From assembly GCA_964392775.1 (NCBI GenBank), contig CAYMRD010000007.1, positions 67,516 through 131,515 of the forward strand: a stretch of 64,000 bases of DNA. Direction: 5' to 3'. This DNA comes from an uncultured Bifidobacteriaceae bacterium (GTDB lineage Bacteria; Bacteroidota; Bacteroidia; UKL13-3). Numbering within the stretch: position 1 is the stretch's first letter; every line of letters begins with the position of its first letter. A model generated the notes under the pieces. The model did no database searches and was not told the origin of the DNA. It saw nothing but the letters and a program-made list of their open reading frames with translations. The position numbers and the translations under genes are program-made. Shown in pieces: positions 10,601-19,059 of this stretch.

Positions 10601-10683
10601 TTCATCTGTTGAGCAACTATTGAGAAAGGGAAAAGAAGCAGGCTCAAAAATCCTGTAAACAGTAAATGAATCATAGCGGCCAA
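7675..10683 (-). CDS. Secreted M1-family zinc metallopeptidase (aminopeptidase N-like).
   Basis: 1002 aa with a signal peptide. Contains the GAGMEYPM exopeptidase motif and the HEVGHNW zinc-binding HExxH, with downstream Glu. Lies 22 nt downstream of the usher-like gene. Confidence 0.8.
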   Translation of the reverse strand: MAAMIHLLFTGFLSLLLFPFSIVAQQMKQAIWQQDVEYAINVELDDVNHILRGNETILYTNNSPNALTEIYMHLWPNAYRNTNTAFAKQQIENGKTDFLYMAEENRGYIDSLNFLADWVAVKWELTEQIDIAKLTLRKPLEPGEKIRLATTFKVKLPSIVSRMGHQDQLYCVTQWYPKPAVYDVNGWNPMPYLDQGEFYSEFGKFDVHITLPENYVVGATGELQNESEKQWLLEKSKESNTSNPTADFPASSNKTKTLHYKQDRVHDFAWFADKRFQVERSEVVLPKSRNRVTTWWFQVNPKRSNIELVNAAILYYSSMLGEYPYSQASVAVTPLVSGAGMEYPMITNITEVNRQVVFHEVGHNWLYGILGSNERAYPWMDESINNYYETRSSETETIKPYERLTPGNIGAFASDGYRGLETRYLVGARKNEDQACFLPSEAYTDYNYGAIVYGKASSAFHYLQRYLGDSIFDAMMQSYYENWKFKHPLPDDFTDHVKQFSGKNLDWFFNDLMTTTRKQDWKIKGIRKTGNGYTIRLKNRSSNNAPFSVTAMKANNAVQTVWFDSLPANNQVSFPAGDYQQLRLDAYETTTDINRTNNSIRTSGVLKTVRPPEFSLFLNTENPYKQQVYYTPIAGANLYNKTMLGMAFYNSVMPAKPTEFVLAPMYAFGTKDLAGTAELQHRFISYGVARSYTPWMKATQFASDYFTPTTYTKLEGGITAQLAQHHPRTDAQNSVTARVVSISERNRGAAYTLSGASTFAELTFASQQKRVLQPYNYNITYQYISTNAQAHKLTAEATRFLNYEKPKKGFTVRWFGGVFLQSLMNSDGRADFRAGANTGLFDYTFDQSQFGRGENPVTSNSLFAQQLMFGGLQFKELYPSVTSDKWATGVNFETTVPGILPLVLYADIAFINANESYMDGNTNQMVSKYTPKILYTSGVSIKLPGDVFRINFPIMTSSEISDYFKGNIPGSVSGAKRYTERITFSLNLNKLNPLKAARNFSF

Positions 10684-10705
10684 GTTAATAAAGCTTTCGG
10701 GAATT

Positions 10706-13660
10706 TTAGCGTTTGCGAGGTGCTGCCGGTTTTGGGCTTGTTACCGGAGCCGCAGGATTTACGGTTTCAGGGGTGGGGAATTGTTTTTTAATAACTTTTC
10801 TTCTTTTCTCCATGATGAGAAATGAGATGATCATTCCATCCGATTCACGCGTAGCTTCTACTTCATAATTGTTGCGGGCAAGCTTGTAGCGCGATCCCAA
10901 TATTCCTTCATCCATGGTAATGGTATATTTACCATAAGGCACATACAACTCGAAGCTGCCATTGAAGTCGGTTAATACGCTGTATACTTTGTTGCCGGAT
11001 GCCACTACCCGGATACGCCCCAGGTCAAATGGATCATCCGCATCGGCATTGATAGCATCGCGGTCAATATTGATTTTACCCTTAATCCTGACACCTCTGA
11101 CAAAAGGAACAAAGTACTGTCCTGATTTCATTACCATTACCGTATCCTCAATATTTGCAAACCAGCCATTAAACCGGTCGAGTGAGAATGCTGAAATCCG
11201 GTGAAGACCACCATGCATATTGTTTATTTTTGCATCTCCCTCTGCATTGCTAATCACTTCTTCATCACCTATCCGAATGACAATGTTCTCAATTGATTTC
11301 TCCGATTTATCTTTGATTCCGTTTCCATTAATATCAAAAAAGGCCACAAATTCCATATCATGAACCGTACTCTTTTTGAAAGGAACAGGCAAGGCAAACT
11401 CTTTACGGATACCTGCTGCAATAAAAGTATTTTGCGTGGTGAGGCGTTCGGCTTCATCAGCCGTTGCTTGTTGTGTGGAATAATTGTTTTTGAGTGCAAT
11501 ACCCGACAAAATATTATAGTTAAAGCCAAGCCGGAACCGCCAGCCATCATTGGTAAAATAATAGATATCGGGGAACAGGGTGATATTGTGTTGTTTGAAT
11601 ATATTGTTAAATGAATAATTGAAGCCCGTTTGTATCATAACCTTGCGGTTAGCAAACAAGTATTGGTGTTGTAGAGAAGAAGTAAACAACTGCTGGTTGG
11701 AGGTGTTTATTTGCGTTGCCAACTGTGGAGTGTAGCCATAAATACCAACCAGGTAGCGGGCATTTAGAGAAACTGTTTTATAAAAAGCAAGAGCTGTCCA
11801 CTGCAAAAAAGTTGTTGTTTCGGGATTAGGGATATGGGTTGGCAGATTGGCTCCGCCTTCAACGGTTGTTGAAAACCGGGTATTGGTTTTGGGATTAAAC
11901 TGGTTGAAGTTAACTCCTGCACCGCGAATCTGGTAAGTGACAATACTCTGTTGAAACAAATTGGCAAACACGTATGGTTGAACGCTTTTGTTCTTAAAAG
12001 AACGGTTCACCATAAACTGGTTTGTAAGTGAGCCTGTTTTGATGTGGCCAACAATCATGGTGGTGCTTTGGTTGTAGTTGTTTACAATGGTAGCACTCCA
12101 CTTATCCGTAAACATAAGGCGCGTACGGTGATTGTAAAAGAGCCGCTCGATATTAGAGTTGGCATATTCCCGCGTATTGTACCCAACGCTATGATTAATA
12201 GCAAGTTTGCCTCTGATAAAATTTCCATTATAGTTAGTCATTCCAAAATAACCAAAGGTGTTTACCGGTAGCGGGCCCAAATTATTCAGCTGGTTCCAGG
12301 TGTTGGAGATACTGAAATTAACAGACTGGGTTCGAAGGAAATTTATAGATACCCTGCTGTTAAGAGCTGTGGTTTTAACTCCGGTAAACTTATTGTCTGA
12401 CTGGCCTATTTCGAAACGGGCTTTGTTTTGTTTGAAATATTTAACATCGTAAGCAAAACCATACGAGCGCAAGGCTTCTTGGTCAAACCGGTCTTTTCGG
12501 GTTACAATATAACCCGTAACCTGATGGCTGCGGTTTATCATAAGGCTCGATTTAACCCCTTGTCCAAACCCCTGAATACCCAAAAACCCGCCATTGATGT
12601 ACCCTAACTGGACATTTCCCTTTGAGCCAAAATATCCGATATAATAATTGTTGTTGGTTAGAAATTGGTTGTATTGATTGTTGGTGGAACTACCTTGAAA
12701 ATTATAGATGAGTTGACGGGTTGCGTCCAGTTGTGCAACACCCCTTAAATTCAAAGTGGCAAACGTAACCTCGTCAAAAAGATTCGACAGATTGTAATCA
12801 ACAATCAAAGGAAGGTGTGAAAACGAATTGTTATCGGCCCTGGTATTGTCCGAAAGTTTTCTGAACTGAAACCTTTGCCCGGTTTGAAAGGCTCCCGGCT
12901 GGCCAAAATCAGGCTCCTCGCTGGTCACCAATAAATTAAAGCTCCGGTTTTCGTTTATGCCGGTTGGGCGGTAATTTTCAAGGTCAATTCTGCTTTGATT
13001 GCGCTCACCCTGAATCAACTGATACGAAAAATTAAAGGTAGTATCCTGATAGGGGTTAAGGGTAAAATTAACCGGCTGAGTGAGTGTCCGTGTATTGGCA
13101 GAATCTCTTACTTCTCCGAGCAGGCTCATATTGTTCATGTTCAGAACCATAGGCTGCCTTTCGGAGCCGGTATTTAATATATTTACATCAAACCGAATTC
13201 TGTTCTCATCATTTTTAAAATAAATTTTTGTTCCGCTTTCAGTGCTCATACTCCAGCTTGTTTTCTTTTCAGTATGAGCCCAAAACAGGTCATTGGCCAA
13301 AGCCTCGCCTCTCTGGCCCACAATAAAAGCAGAAAGCATAAAACGATTGTTTCCGGTCAAATCGCCCGAAGGAATAAATCGGAAAGGCAGAAAAAGCGAA
13401 TCTCCGGGGGCTATGGTATAGCCGTCCTTAATTCGGGAAATTTGTTTCCAACCGTATGGGAAATCAAGATTGATATTAAATAAAACAGGTTCTGAAGAAG
13501 TGTTTTCAATGCGCAATACATTGGAGAGGATTTCACCCGGGGTAATCATATACTCTTTGCCAATGAAATGTGCGGTAATGGGTGAAGTGGACTGCGCATG
13601 TAAGCAGTTGGTCAATGCTAATAGATAGTAAATCGTGCCTAAAAGCAGACTCTTTTTCAT
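10706..13660 (-). CDS. Large outer-membrane protein, candidate fimbrial usher.
   Basis: 984 aa with a signal peptide. An N-terminal ~100-aa soluble domain precedes a long N/Q/S/T/Y/F-rich segment typical of beta-barrels. The C-terminal region has transthyretin/CarboxypepD_reg-like beta-sandwich blocks (RIRVVASGNKVYSVLTDFNGSFELYVPYGKYTITMDE), as in usher C-terminal domains. Start overlaps the stop of the upstream subunit gene (ATGA). Confidence 0.4.
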   Translation of the reverse strand: MKKSLLLGTIYYLLALTNCLHAQSTSPITAHFIGKEYMITPGEILSNVLRIENTSSEPVLFNINLDFPYGWKQISRIKDGYTIAPGDSLFLPFRFIPSGDLTGNNRFMLSAFIVGQRGEALANDLFWAHTEKKTSWSMSTESGTKIYFKNDENRIRFDVNILNTGSERQPMVLNMNNMSLLGEVRDSANTRTLTQPVNFTLNPYQDTTFNFSYQLIQGERNQSRIDLENYRPTGINENRSFNLLVTSEEPDFGQPGAFQTGQRFQFRKLSDNTRADNNSFSHLPLIVDYNLSNLFDEVTFATLNLRGVAQLDATRQLIYNFQGSSTNNQYNQFLTNNNYYIGYFGSKGNVQLGYINGGFLGIQGFGQGVKSSLMINRSHQVTGYIVTRKDRFDQEALRSYGFAYDVKYFKQNKARFEIGQSDNKFTGVKTTALNSRVSINFLRTQSVNFSISNTWNQLNNLGPLPVNTFGYFGMTNYNGNFIRGKLAINHSVGYNTREYANSNIERLFYNHRTRLMFTDKWSATIVNNYNQSTTMIVGHIKTGSLTNQFMVNRSFKNKSVQPYVFANLFQQSIVTYQIRGAGVNFNQFNPKTNTRFSTTVEGGANLPTHIPNPETTTFLQWTALAFYKTVSLNARYLVGIYGYTPQLATQINTSNQQLFTSSLQHQYLFANRKVMIQTGFNYSFNNIFKQHNITLFPDIYYFTNDGWRFRLGFNYNILSGIALKNNYSTQQATADEAERLTTQNTFIAAGIRKEFALPVPFKKSTVHDMEFVAFFDINGNGIKDKSEKSIENIVIRIGDEEVISNAEGDAKINNMHGGLHRISAFSLDRFNGWFANIEDTVMVMKSGQYFVPFVRGVRIKGKINIDRDAINADADDPFDLGRIRVVASGNKVYSVLTDFNGSFELYVPYGKYTITMDEGILGSRYKLARNNYEVEATRESDGMIISFLIMEKRRKVIKKQFPTPETVNPAAPVTSPKPAAPRKR

Positions 13661-14283
13661 ATAGCCTCGGTTAAAACGTAACGTACCTTAAGCTGATAAA
13701 TACCGCTCTTGACTCCAACACCCGGCTGTAAGCGGTAGTCTATATCAAAAGAGTATTCATTATAATTATTTGTGGAGTTCCCCGGACCATTTACGTTGGT
13801 TATGCACGAACCTGCAGGAACGGTGATTCCTGTATTTGAAATAACCATAATTGGCAGGCCAACATTTATAGGCACATTAAAGAAGTTATTGCCTGTTTGG
13901 GAAGTGTTGCAATTATTTGTAATGCGCAATTGAAGCAAATCAACTTTGGGCGGAGTGCCTGATGATGATTGTGAATACAGAGATTCCCATTGATCATTAG
14001 GAGTGCTGCCATTACCATTTTCGATATATACTAAAAGATTCCAACGGCAATCGGGATTGTGGCTGATGGAATTGCTGACATTTACTTTTAAGCGCGTAGC
14101 CCCGTTTTGGGTAATTCCTCCGAGGTATTTCCCAAACGAATCATAAGTGAAATCCAGGTTTGTTTGGCCAACAGTGGTCAGCGTCACCACATCACAATAC
14201 TGTGCCTTAACATTGCTAACCAGTATTGGAAAGCAAAGCACTCCGATACAAAAGTTAATAAATAGTGTGTTTAGGCGTTGCAA
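13657..14283 (-). CDS. Secreted pilus-subunit candidate 2 (SCPU/Csu-pilin-like).
   Basis: 208 aa with a signal peptide. The N-terminal strand after the signal peptide alternates hydrophobic residues (VVTLTTV). Contains NLDFTYDSFGKYLGGITQNGATRLKV, paralogous to subunit 1. Ends ...KSGIYQLKVRYVLTEAI, resembling the SCPU terminal GtYtdtvtvtv block. Confidence 0.45.
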   Translation of the reverse strand: MQRLNTLFINFCIGVLCFPILVSNVKAQYCDVVTLTTVGQTNLDFTYDSFGKYLGGITQNGATRLKVNVSNSISHNPDCRWNLLVYIENGNGSTPNDQWESLYSQSSSGTPPKVDLLQLRITNNCNTSQTGNNFFNVPINVGLPIMVISNTGITVPAGSCITNVNGPGNSTNNYNEYSFDIDYRLQPGVGVKSGIYQLKVRYVLTEAI

Positions 14284-14303
14284 TTTTTGTTTCGGCTTTT
14301 TAA

Positions 14304-14337
14304 CATGAAGAAGAGCCGCTGAGGACTCTTCTTCATG
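14304..14337 (-). promoter_or_regulatory. 12-bp perfect stem-loop between the two subunit genes.
   Basis: catgaagaagag-ccgctgagga-ctcttcttcatg. No adjacent U-run on the transcribed strand. Confidence 0.4.
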
Positions 14338-14358
14338 AGGGTAAGTATCAAGAGGGGG

Positions 14359-15144
14359 TTATTGATCTTCAAGAATCATGTATTGAACATACATAGTGTA
14401 AACACCAGGTTGTGCGTACGATCCTGCAGAGTTAGCCGAAACGAGATCCTGAGCGGTTGTCCCGTCAGCAGAGAAAGCCATTGGGAAAATTGCAGGCAAT
14501 CCCGGAACGATACGGTAGTCGATAGAATAGTAGTAGTCGCTGGTTAAGGCATTTGCAGTTAAATAACTACCACCCGCAACACCATCTGCTCCGGTTGCTG
14601 TTGTTCCCGCATGGCCGGCAATGTATTTATGAGAGGCTGTAGGAGGAGTTCCCGCATTTGCAGGGTCAACATATATGCTGTTTGAACCTGCAGGCGATGC
14701 TACCGGAGGAAATGCAGAACTGTAATCAGCATACGTACCGGAGGCAGCTGTGGCGTTTGCGTTAGCAGTTGTTTGACGCAACTCAAGCGCGCTTAATGGC
14801 AACTGGTTGGTCGCTCCACCTGATCCACCTGTTCCGTACTTAATTTGCTGATCCCACATACCCGGAGCAACGTTACCGTTTGAGCGGGCAATCGCATACA
14901 AATCCCAGTTTACGGTTGAACTTACTTTTAAAATAGTCGCTCCATACTTGGTAATACCACCGTAGTACTCTTGGATGTCGTCAAAGGTGAAATCAATTTG
15001 GTTTGGAGTAGACATGTTAAGCTGAAGGATAGGTTGTAAGTCCATTGTAATGGTTACATCCTTTTCATCTTTCAACTGAGCAAAGGCTGTTGTTGACGCG
15101 AGCATGGCAATTCCGGCCATGGTCAGCAGTCTGTTGTTTTTCAT
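14359..15144 (-). CDS. Secreted pilus-subunit candidate 1 (SCPU/Csu-pilin-like) with a Gly/Ala/Thr/Ser/Pro-rich insertion.
   Basis: 261 aa with a signal peptide. N-terminal VTITMDLQPILQL has alternating hydrophobic residues. Contains IDFTFDDIQEYYGGITKYGATILKV. Ends ...AQPGVYTMYVQYMILEDQ, an SCPU-type terminus. Carries a ~90-aa low-complexity insertion. Confidence 0.45.
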   Translation of the reverse strand: MKNNRLLTMAGIAMLASTTAFAQLKDEKDVTITMDLQPILQLNMSTPNQIDFTFDDIQEYYGGITKYGATILKVSSTVNWDLYAIARSNGNVAPGMWDQQIKYGTGGSGGATNQLPLSALELRQTTANANATAASGTYADYSSAFPPVASPAGSNSIYVDPANAGTPPTASHKYIAGHAGTTATGADGVAGGSYLTANALTSDYYYSIDYRIVPGLPAIFPMAFSADGTTAQDLVSANSAGSYAQPGVYTMYVQYMILEDQ

Positions 15145-15371
15145 ATAATAGGTATAAGTTTACTACACTAAGGTAGTAAAAAAACACAGACTGTATTATT
15201 CAAACGGCTGGATTTTGGTGTAAACGGATGTTTTTGCGTGTAAATGTTAATATCTATTGAAATTTATCTCGCTAAAAACCAATGCATTAAATGTCATTTT
15301 ACCGTAAAATTGGCCTTTCAAAAAAAATAGTGCGTGGATTGTCTACTCCTTAGTACACAAAGGAGGGTGTT

Positions 15372-16223
15372 TTAGTCAACTTTAAACTCCAGTTCTGCGG
15401 CCTCAACCACATCTTTATTGCCGTAATCCAATACGCCAACAGCAGAGTAGTTGCCCTTTTCAAGGTTTTCGGGCAGGGCAAATAGGTAGTTCCGGGTATA
15501 ACCGGGTAATACCACAAATCGTTTAACCATCAGTTTCTGCTGTTTTCCTGTAGAAAGATTGGTAAGCTCAACATAAGAAACGCAAGAAGCAATACCGTCA
15601 CCGGTATTTTGCAATGTAATTTCAATATTCCGTTGGTTTTTTTCTTTCCCGCTCTGGAGCTGAAAGTTTTTAATTTCTACTTTGTTGTTTTGAACCGTAG
15701 GCGGATTTTGGTACAGGTATACGCCAAAACCAAATGACGGAACTACACCCAACGAAATTTTCTTGTCGCCTCCGGTGTTATCAAGCGCTTCACGCTGTTT
15801 TTTTTCCTCAATCAATAAGATGCTCCAGGCTGCACGATTTGAAAAACCGGTATCGGGAATAGATAGGGTAATATTTACTTTTTGAATTTCACCCGGTTTA
15901 AGTTCAAAAAAAGTTGGTGCAACATTAAGCCAATTTGACATTCCGTATTTGGAGGTTCCGGAATCACCGAACGTTGTTTTTCCGGCATTGTTCATGTCGA
16001 AGTCTTTGACAGATGCCGAGAAAGAGCGTTTTACAAGGGTTTCATTGGTTACCTTTACTTCGTATGTTTTGCTCTCACCGGGTTTCAGGTTAAAGTTTAA
16101 ATGAGAGGGAGAAACAGCAACACCAACATCTTTTAACGCTGCCGTATCTTTTGTTTGGGCCGAAATTTTTGTGAGCGGAATAAAGGTTGCGATTAACAAC
16201 AACGAAATAATTTTGTTTTTCAT
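15372..16223 (-). CDS. Periplasmic PapD-like (Ig-fold) pilus chaperone candidate.
   Basis: About 283 aa counted from MKNKIISLLL, with a signal peptide. An N-domain-like strand VSPSHLNFNLKPGESKTYEVKVTN has the pattern v.P..l.f...ge...l.v.N. A C-terminal second beta-domain is present. First gene of the cluster. The ORF-track start is 16253. Confidence 0.45.
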   Translation of the reverse strand: MKNKIISLLLIATFIPLTKISAQTKDTAALKDVGVAVSPSHLNFNLKPGESKTYEVKVTNETLVKRSFSASVKDFDMNNAGKTTFGDSGTSKYGMSNWLNVAPTFFELKPGEIQKVNITLSIPDTGFSNRAAWSILLIEEKKQREALDNTGGDKKISLGVVPSFGFGVYLYQNPPTVQNNKVEIKNFQLQSGKEKNQRNIEITLQNTGDGIASCVSYVELTNLSTGKQQKLMVKRFVVLPGYTRNYLFALPENLEKGNYSAVGVLDYGNKDVVEAAELEFKVD

Positions 16224-16346
16224 GGATACAAGGTGGATATGAGTCAGCAGCAATAATAAGCCTTCCGGTCGTTCTGTTCAAACAATCTCAATTTGTGTAT
16301 GAGTTTGGGAATCAGAATAATCACAATGAAGTGTTTATAACCTGTA

Positions 16347-17804
16347 GTGTCAGTCTGTCAATTGCCCGCTAATGGTGCTATATTTGTTCAACCCAATCCG
16401 ATGTTTATGGATGCAGATGATTTTTTAGACGAGGACGTTTCCTCCAATGTGCAGCGGTACGAGAAAATGCAGCGAAACAAATCGAAGGATTATTTTGATG
16501 CGGAAACGCTGGAAAGCATTATCGAATACTACATAGAGAAAGATAAGCTTAAGAAGGCGCTGGAAGTAGTATACTACGGAGAAGATTTATATCAATACTA
16601 TACAGGGTTTAAACTCAAAAAAGCCGAAGTGTTTGTGATGATGGGCAAGTTTGATGAGGCCATCACCGAAATCGAAAAGCTTGAATTGTATGAACCTTTT
16701 AATGCCGAACTTTTCCTTCTCAAAGGCGAAACCTATCTCAATATTGAAGACATAGCCGAAGCGGAGGCTTGTTTTGAAAAGGCCCTGATGTATGCCGATG
16801 ATATAGTGGACATGCTTTTTGAAATCGGATATGTATATGAAGATTGCGACTTGTATGAAAAAGCCATCGCTTGTTTTGAACAGGTATTACAGCATAGCAA
16901 CGACAACGAGCAGGCCTATTACGAAATAGCCAATTGCAACGATATGAGCGGACGGTATGACCGCTGTGTTGAGCAATACCAGAAACTGATAGATATCGAC
17001 CCGTATTCAACCAATGCATGGTATAACCTTGGTGTAATCTACAGCAAGATGGAAGTGTTTGAAAAAGCGATTGATGCGTTTGATTATTGTTTAGCGATTG
17101 ATGATGATTATGTAGCCGCCCGTTTTAACAAAGCCAATGCGCTGGTGGAACTTGATCGTTTTGCAGAAGCTATTGTCGAGTATCAAACCACCATTGATAA
17201 AGAAGGCCCCGACTCTATTACCTACTGCAACCTTGCCGGTTGTTACGAAAGGCTGGATGATAACCTTCAGTCCCGAGAGTATTACAAAAAAGCAACCCGC
17301 CTCAACCCCAATATTGCCGAAGCCTGGTTTGGCATTGGGCTTACCTTCGAAAAAGAAAACAACTACAAGGAGTCGCTGAGTTATTTGAAGCGTGCGGTTT
17401 TGCTTGAGCAGGACAATCCCGAATATTTGCTGGTACTGGCCGAAGCCGAATACCGGCAGGGCAACGAAACCGAAGCCGAATTTTTATACAAACGATTGCT
17501 CGAACTCGATCCGACAATGATGGAAGCCTGGCTCGACTGGTCGTTTGTGGCCTTCAAAAAGGGCGATACCGAAATGGCAATTGAGATGATTGAAGAGGCC
17601 CTCAAAATAGAACCCGATTGCCACCAATATCACTACCGCATGGTAGCATATTTGTGGGCTACCGGTAAAACCCAACAAGCAATCGATCATCTGGAAACGG
17701 CCTTAATCCTAAACTTTAACGATCATTACTTGTTGTTTGAACTAACTCCGGTATTTTCGCAGGTGCCCGAGATTATGCAGGCGATTGAAAGATACAGACC
17801 CTAA
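16347..17804 (+). CDS. Tetratricopeptide-repeat (TPR) protein.
   Basis: Multiple canonical TPR units, for example AWYNLGVIYSKMEVFEKAIDAFDYCLAID and AEAWFGIGLTFEKENNYKESLSYLKRAV. True start may be the MFMDADD methionine at 16401. Confidence 0.8.
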   Translation: MSVCQLPANGAIFVQPNPMFMDADDFLDEDVSSNVQRYEKMQRNKSKDYFDAETLESIIEYYIEKDKLKKALEVVYYGEDLYQYYTGFKLKKAEVFVMMGKFDEAITEIEKLELYEPFNAELFLLKGETYLNIEDIAEAEACFEKALMYADDIVDMLFEIGYVYEDCDLYEKAIACFEQVLQHSNDNEQAYYEIANCNDMSGRYDRCVEQYQKLIDIDPYSTNAWYNLGVIYSKMEVFEKAIDAFDYCLAIDDDYVAARFNKANALVELDRFAEAIVEYQTTIDKEGPDSITYCNLAGCYERLDDNLQSREYYKKATRLNPNIAEAWFGIGLTFEKENNYKESLSYLKRAVLLEQDNPEYLLVLAEAEYRQGNETEAEFLYKRLLELDPTMMEAWLDWSFVAFKKGDTEMAIEMIEEALKIEPDCHQYHYRMVAYLWATGKTQQAIDHLETALILNFNDHYLLFELTPVFSQVPEIMQAIERYRP

Positions 17805-17812
17805 TTCTAATC

Positions 17813-18604
17813 ATGAATAATTTTAAACTCAAAAACATTCCTTCCCGCACGGCCAAGCCGCGCAACAACGGCATCACCATGGTGATGGACAAAGGCCTCA
17901 GTCTTCGTGAAGCAGAAAACTTTATTGATGCCAATGGCGATTATGTTGATTTTGTAAAGCTGGGATTTGGAACATCCTATGTTACCAAGCATCTTCAGGA
18001 AAAAATAGACCTCTACAAACAGGCGGGTATTGGTGTATACTTTGGAGGAACCTTGTTTGAAGCATTTATTGTGCGCAATCAATACGATGATTTTTTACGA
18101 TTGCTCGAACGGTATAAAATGGAGCATGCCGAAGTATCGGATGGCTCGATTGAAATGCCGCATGAGGTGAAACTCGAATACGTACACAAGCTCAGCAAAC
18201 AATTCACCGTTTTGAGTGAAGTGGGTAGCAAAGACGTTGAAAAAATCATCCCTCCTTACCAGTGGATCGAGCTGATGAAAACAGAAATCAAAGCCGGTGC
18301 ATGGAAGGTGATTGCCGAAGCCCGCGAAGCTGGAAATGTTGGGGTGTTCCGCTCAAGTGGCGAAGTGCGTGAAGGTTTGGTTCAGGAAATTCTGACTAAA
18401 ATTGATGGTGACCGTATTATTTGGGAAGCCCCGCAAAAGGCACAACAAACCTATTTTATCAATCTGGCCGGTAATAATGTAAACTTAGGTAATATCGCCA
18501 CCAATGATGTGATTCCGCTCGAAACCCTTCGTTTGGGATTGCGCAGCGATACCTTCCCTTTCTTCTTACCTAAAACAGCAAAGTATATTGCTAAGAAAAA
18601 ATAA
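17813..18604 (+). CDS. (2R)-phospho-3-sulfolactate synthase (ComA) family protein.
   Basis: 263 aa. N-terminal block RTAKPRNNGITMVMDKGLSLREAENFIDANGDYVDFVKLGFGTS matches ComA/PSL-synthase family signatures. Confidence 0.65.
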   Translation: MNNFKLKNIPSRTAKPRNNGITMVMDKGLSLREAENFIDANGDYVDFVKLGFGTSYVTKHLQEKIDLYKQAGIGVYFGGTLFEAFIVRNQYDDFLRLLERYKMEHAEVSDGSIEMPHEVKLEYVHKLSKQFTVLSEVGSKDVEKIIPPYQWIELMKTEIKAGAWKVIAEAREAGNVGVFRSSGEVREGLVQEILTKIDGDRIIWEAPQKAQQTYFINLAGNNVNLGNIATNDVIPLETLRLGLRSDTFPFFLPKTAKYIAKKK

Positions 18605-18609
18605 AAACC

Positions 18610-19059
18610 ATGAGCTTACAAGAACAAGTTAATAAAGATATTATCACGGCCATGAAGGCTAAAGATGAAATCAGCCTGCGAGCCTTGCGAGCCGTTAAAG
18701 CCGCCATGCTGCTGGCTGCAACAGCCGAAGGAGCTAAAGACAGTGTTGATGATGATCAGGCCATCAAGATATTTCAGAAGCTGGCCAAACAGCGCAAGGA
18801 GTCGCTGGATATTTTTACCCAAAATGGCCGCACCGAGCTCGCCAAAACCGAACAGGAAGAACTCGAAGTATTTGAGCGTTACCTGCCCAAACAAATGAGC
18901 GAAGAGCAAATTAAAGCCGAACTGCAAACCCTGATTACACAAGCGGGAGCCACCAGTGGTGCCGACTTCGGAAAGGTAATGCCTCTGGCTATGAAACATT
19001 TTGCCGGCAAAGCCGATGGCAAGGTGATTTCAGCTTTGCTTAAAACACTATTGGGTTAA
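18610..19059 (+). CDS. GatB/YqeY-domain protein.
   Basis: 149 aa. N-terminal LQEQVNKDIITAMKAKDEISLRALRAVKAA and C-terminal FGKVMPLAMKHFAGKADGKVISALLKTLL are typical of YqeY. Confidence 0.8.
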   Translation: MSLQEQVNKDIITAMKAKDEISLRALRAVKAAMLLAATAEGAKDSVDDDQAIKIFQKLAKQRKESLDIFTQNGRTELAKTEQEELEVFERYLPKQMSEEQIKAELQTLITQAGATSGADFGKVMPLAMKHFAGKADGKVISALLKTLLG

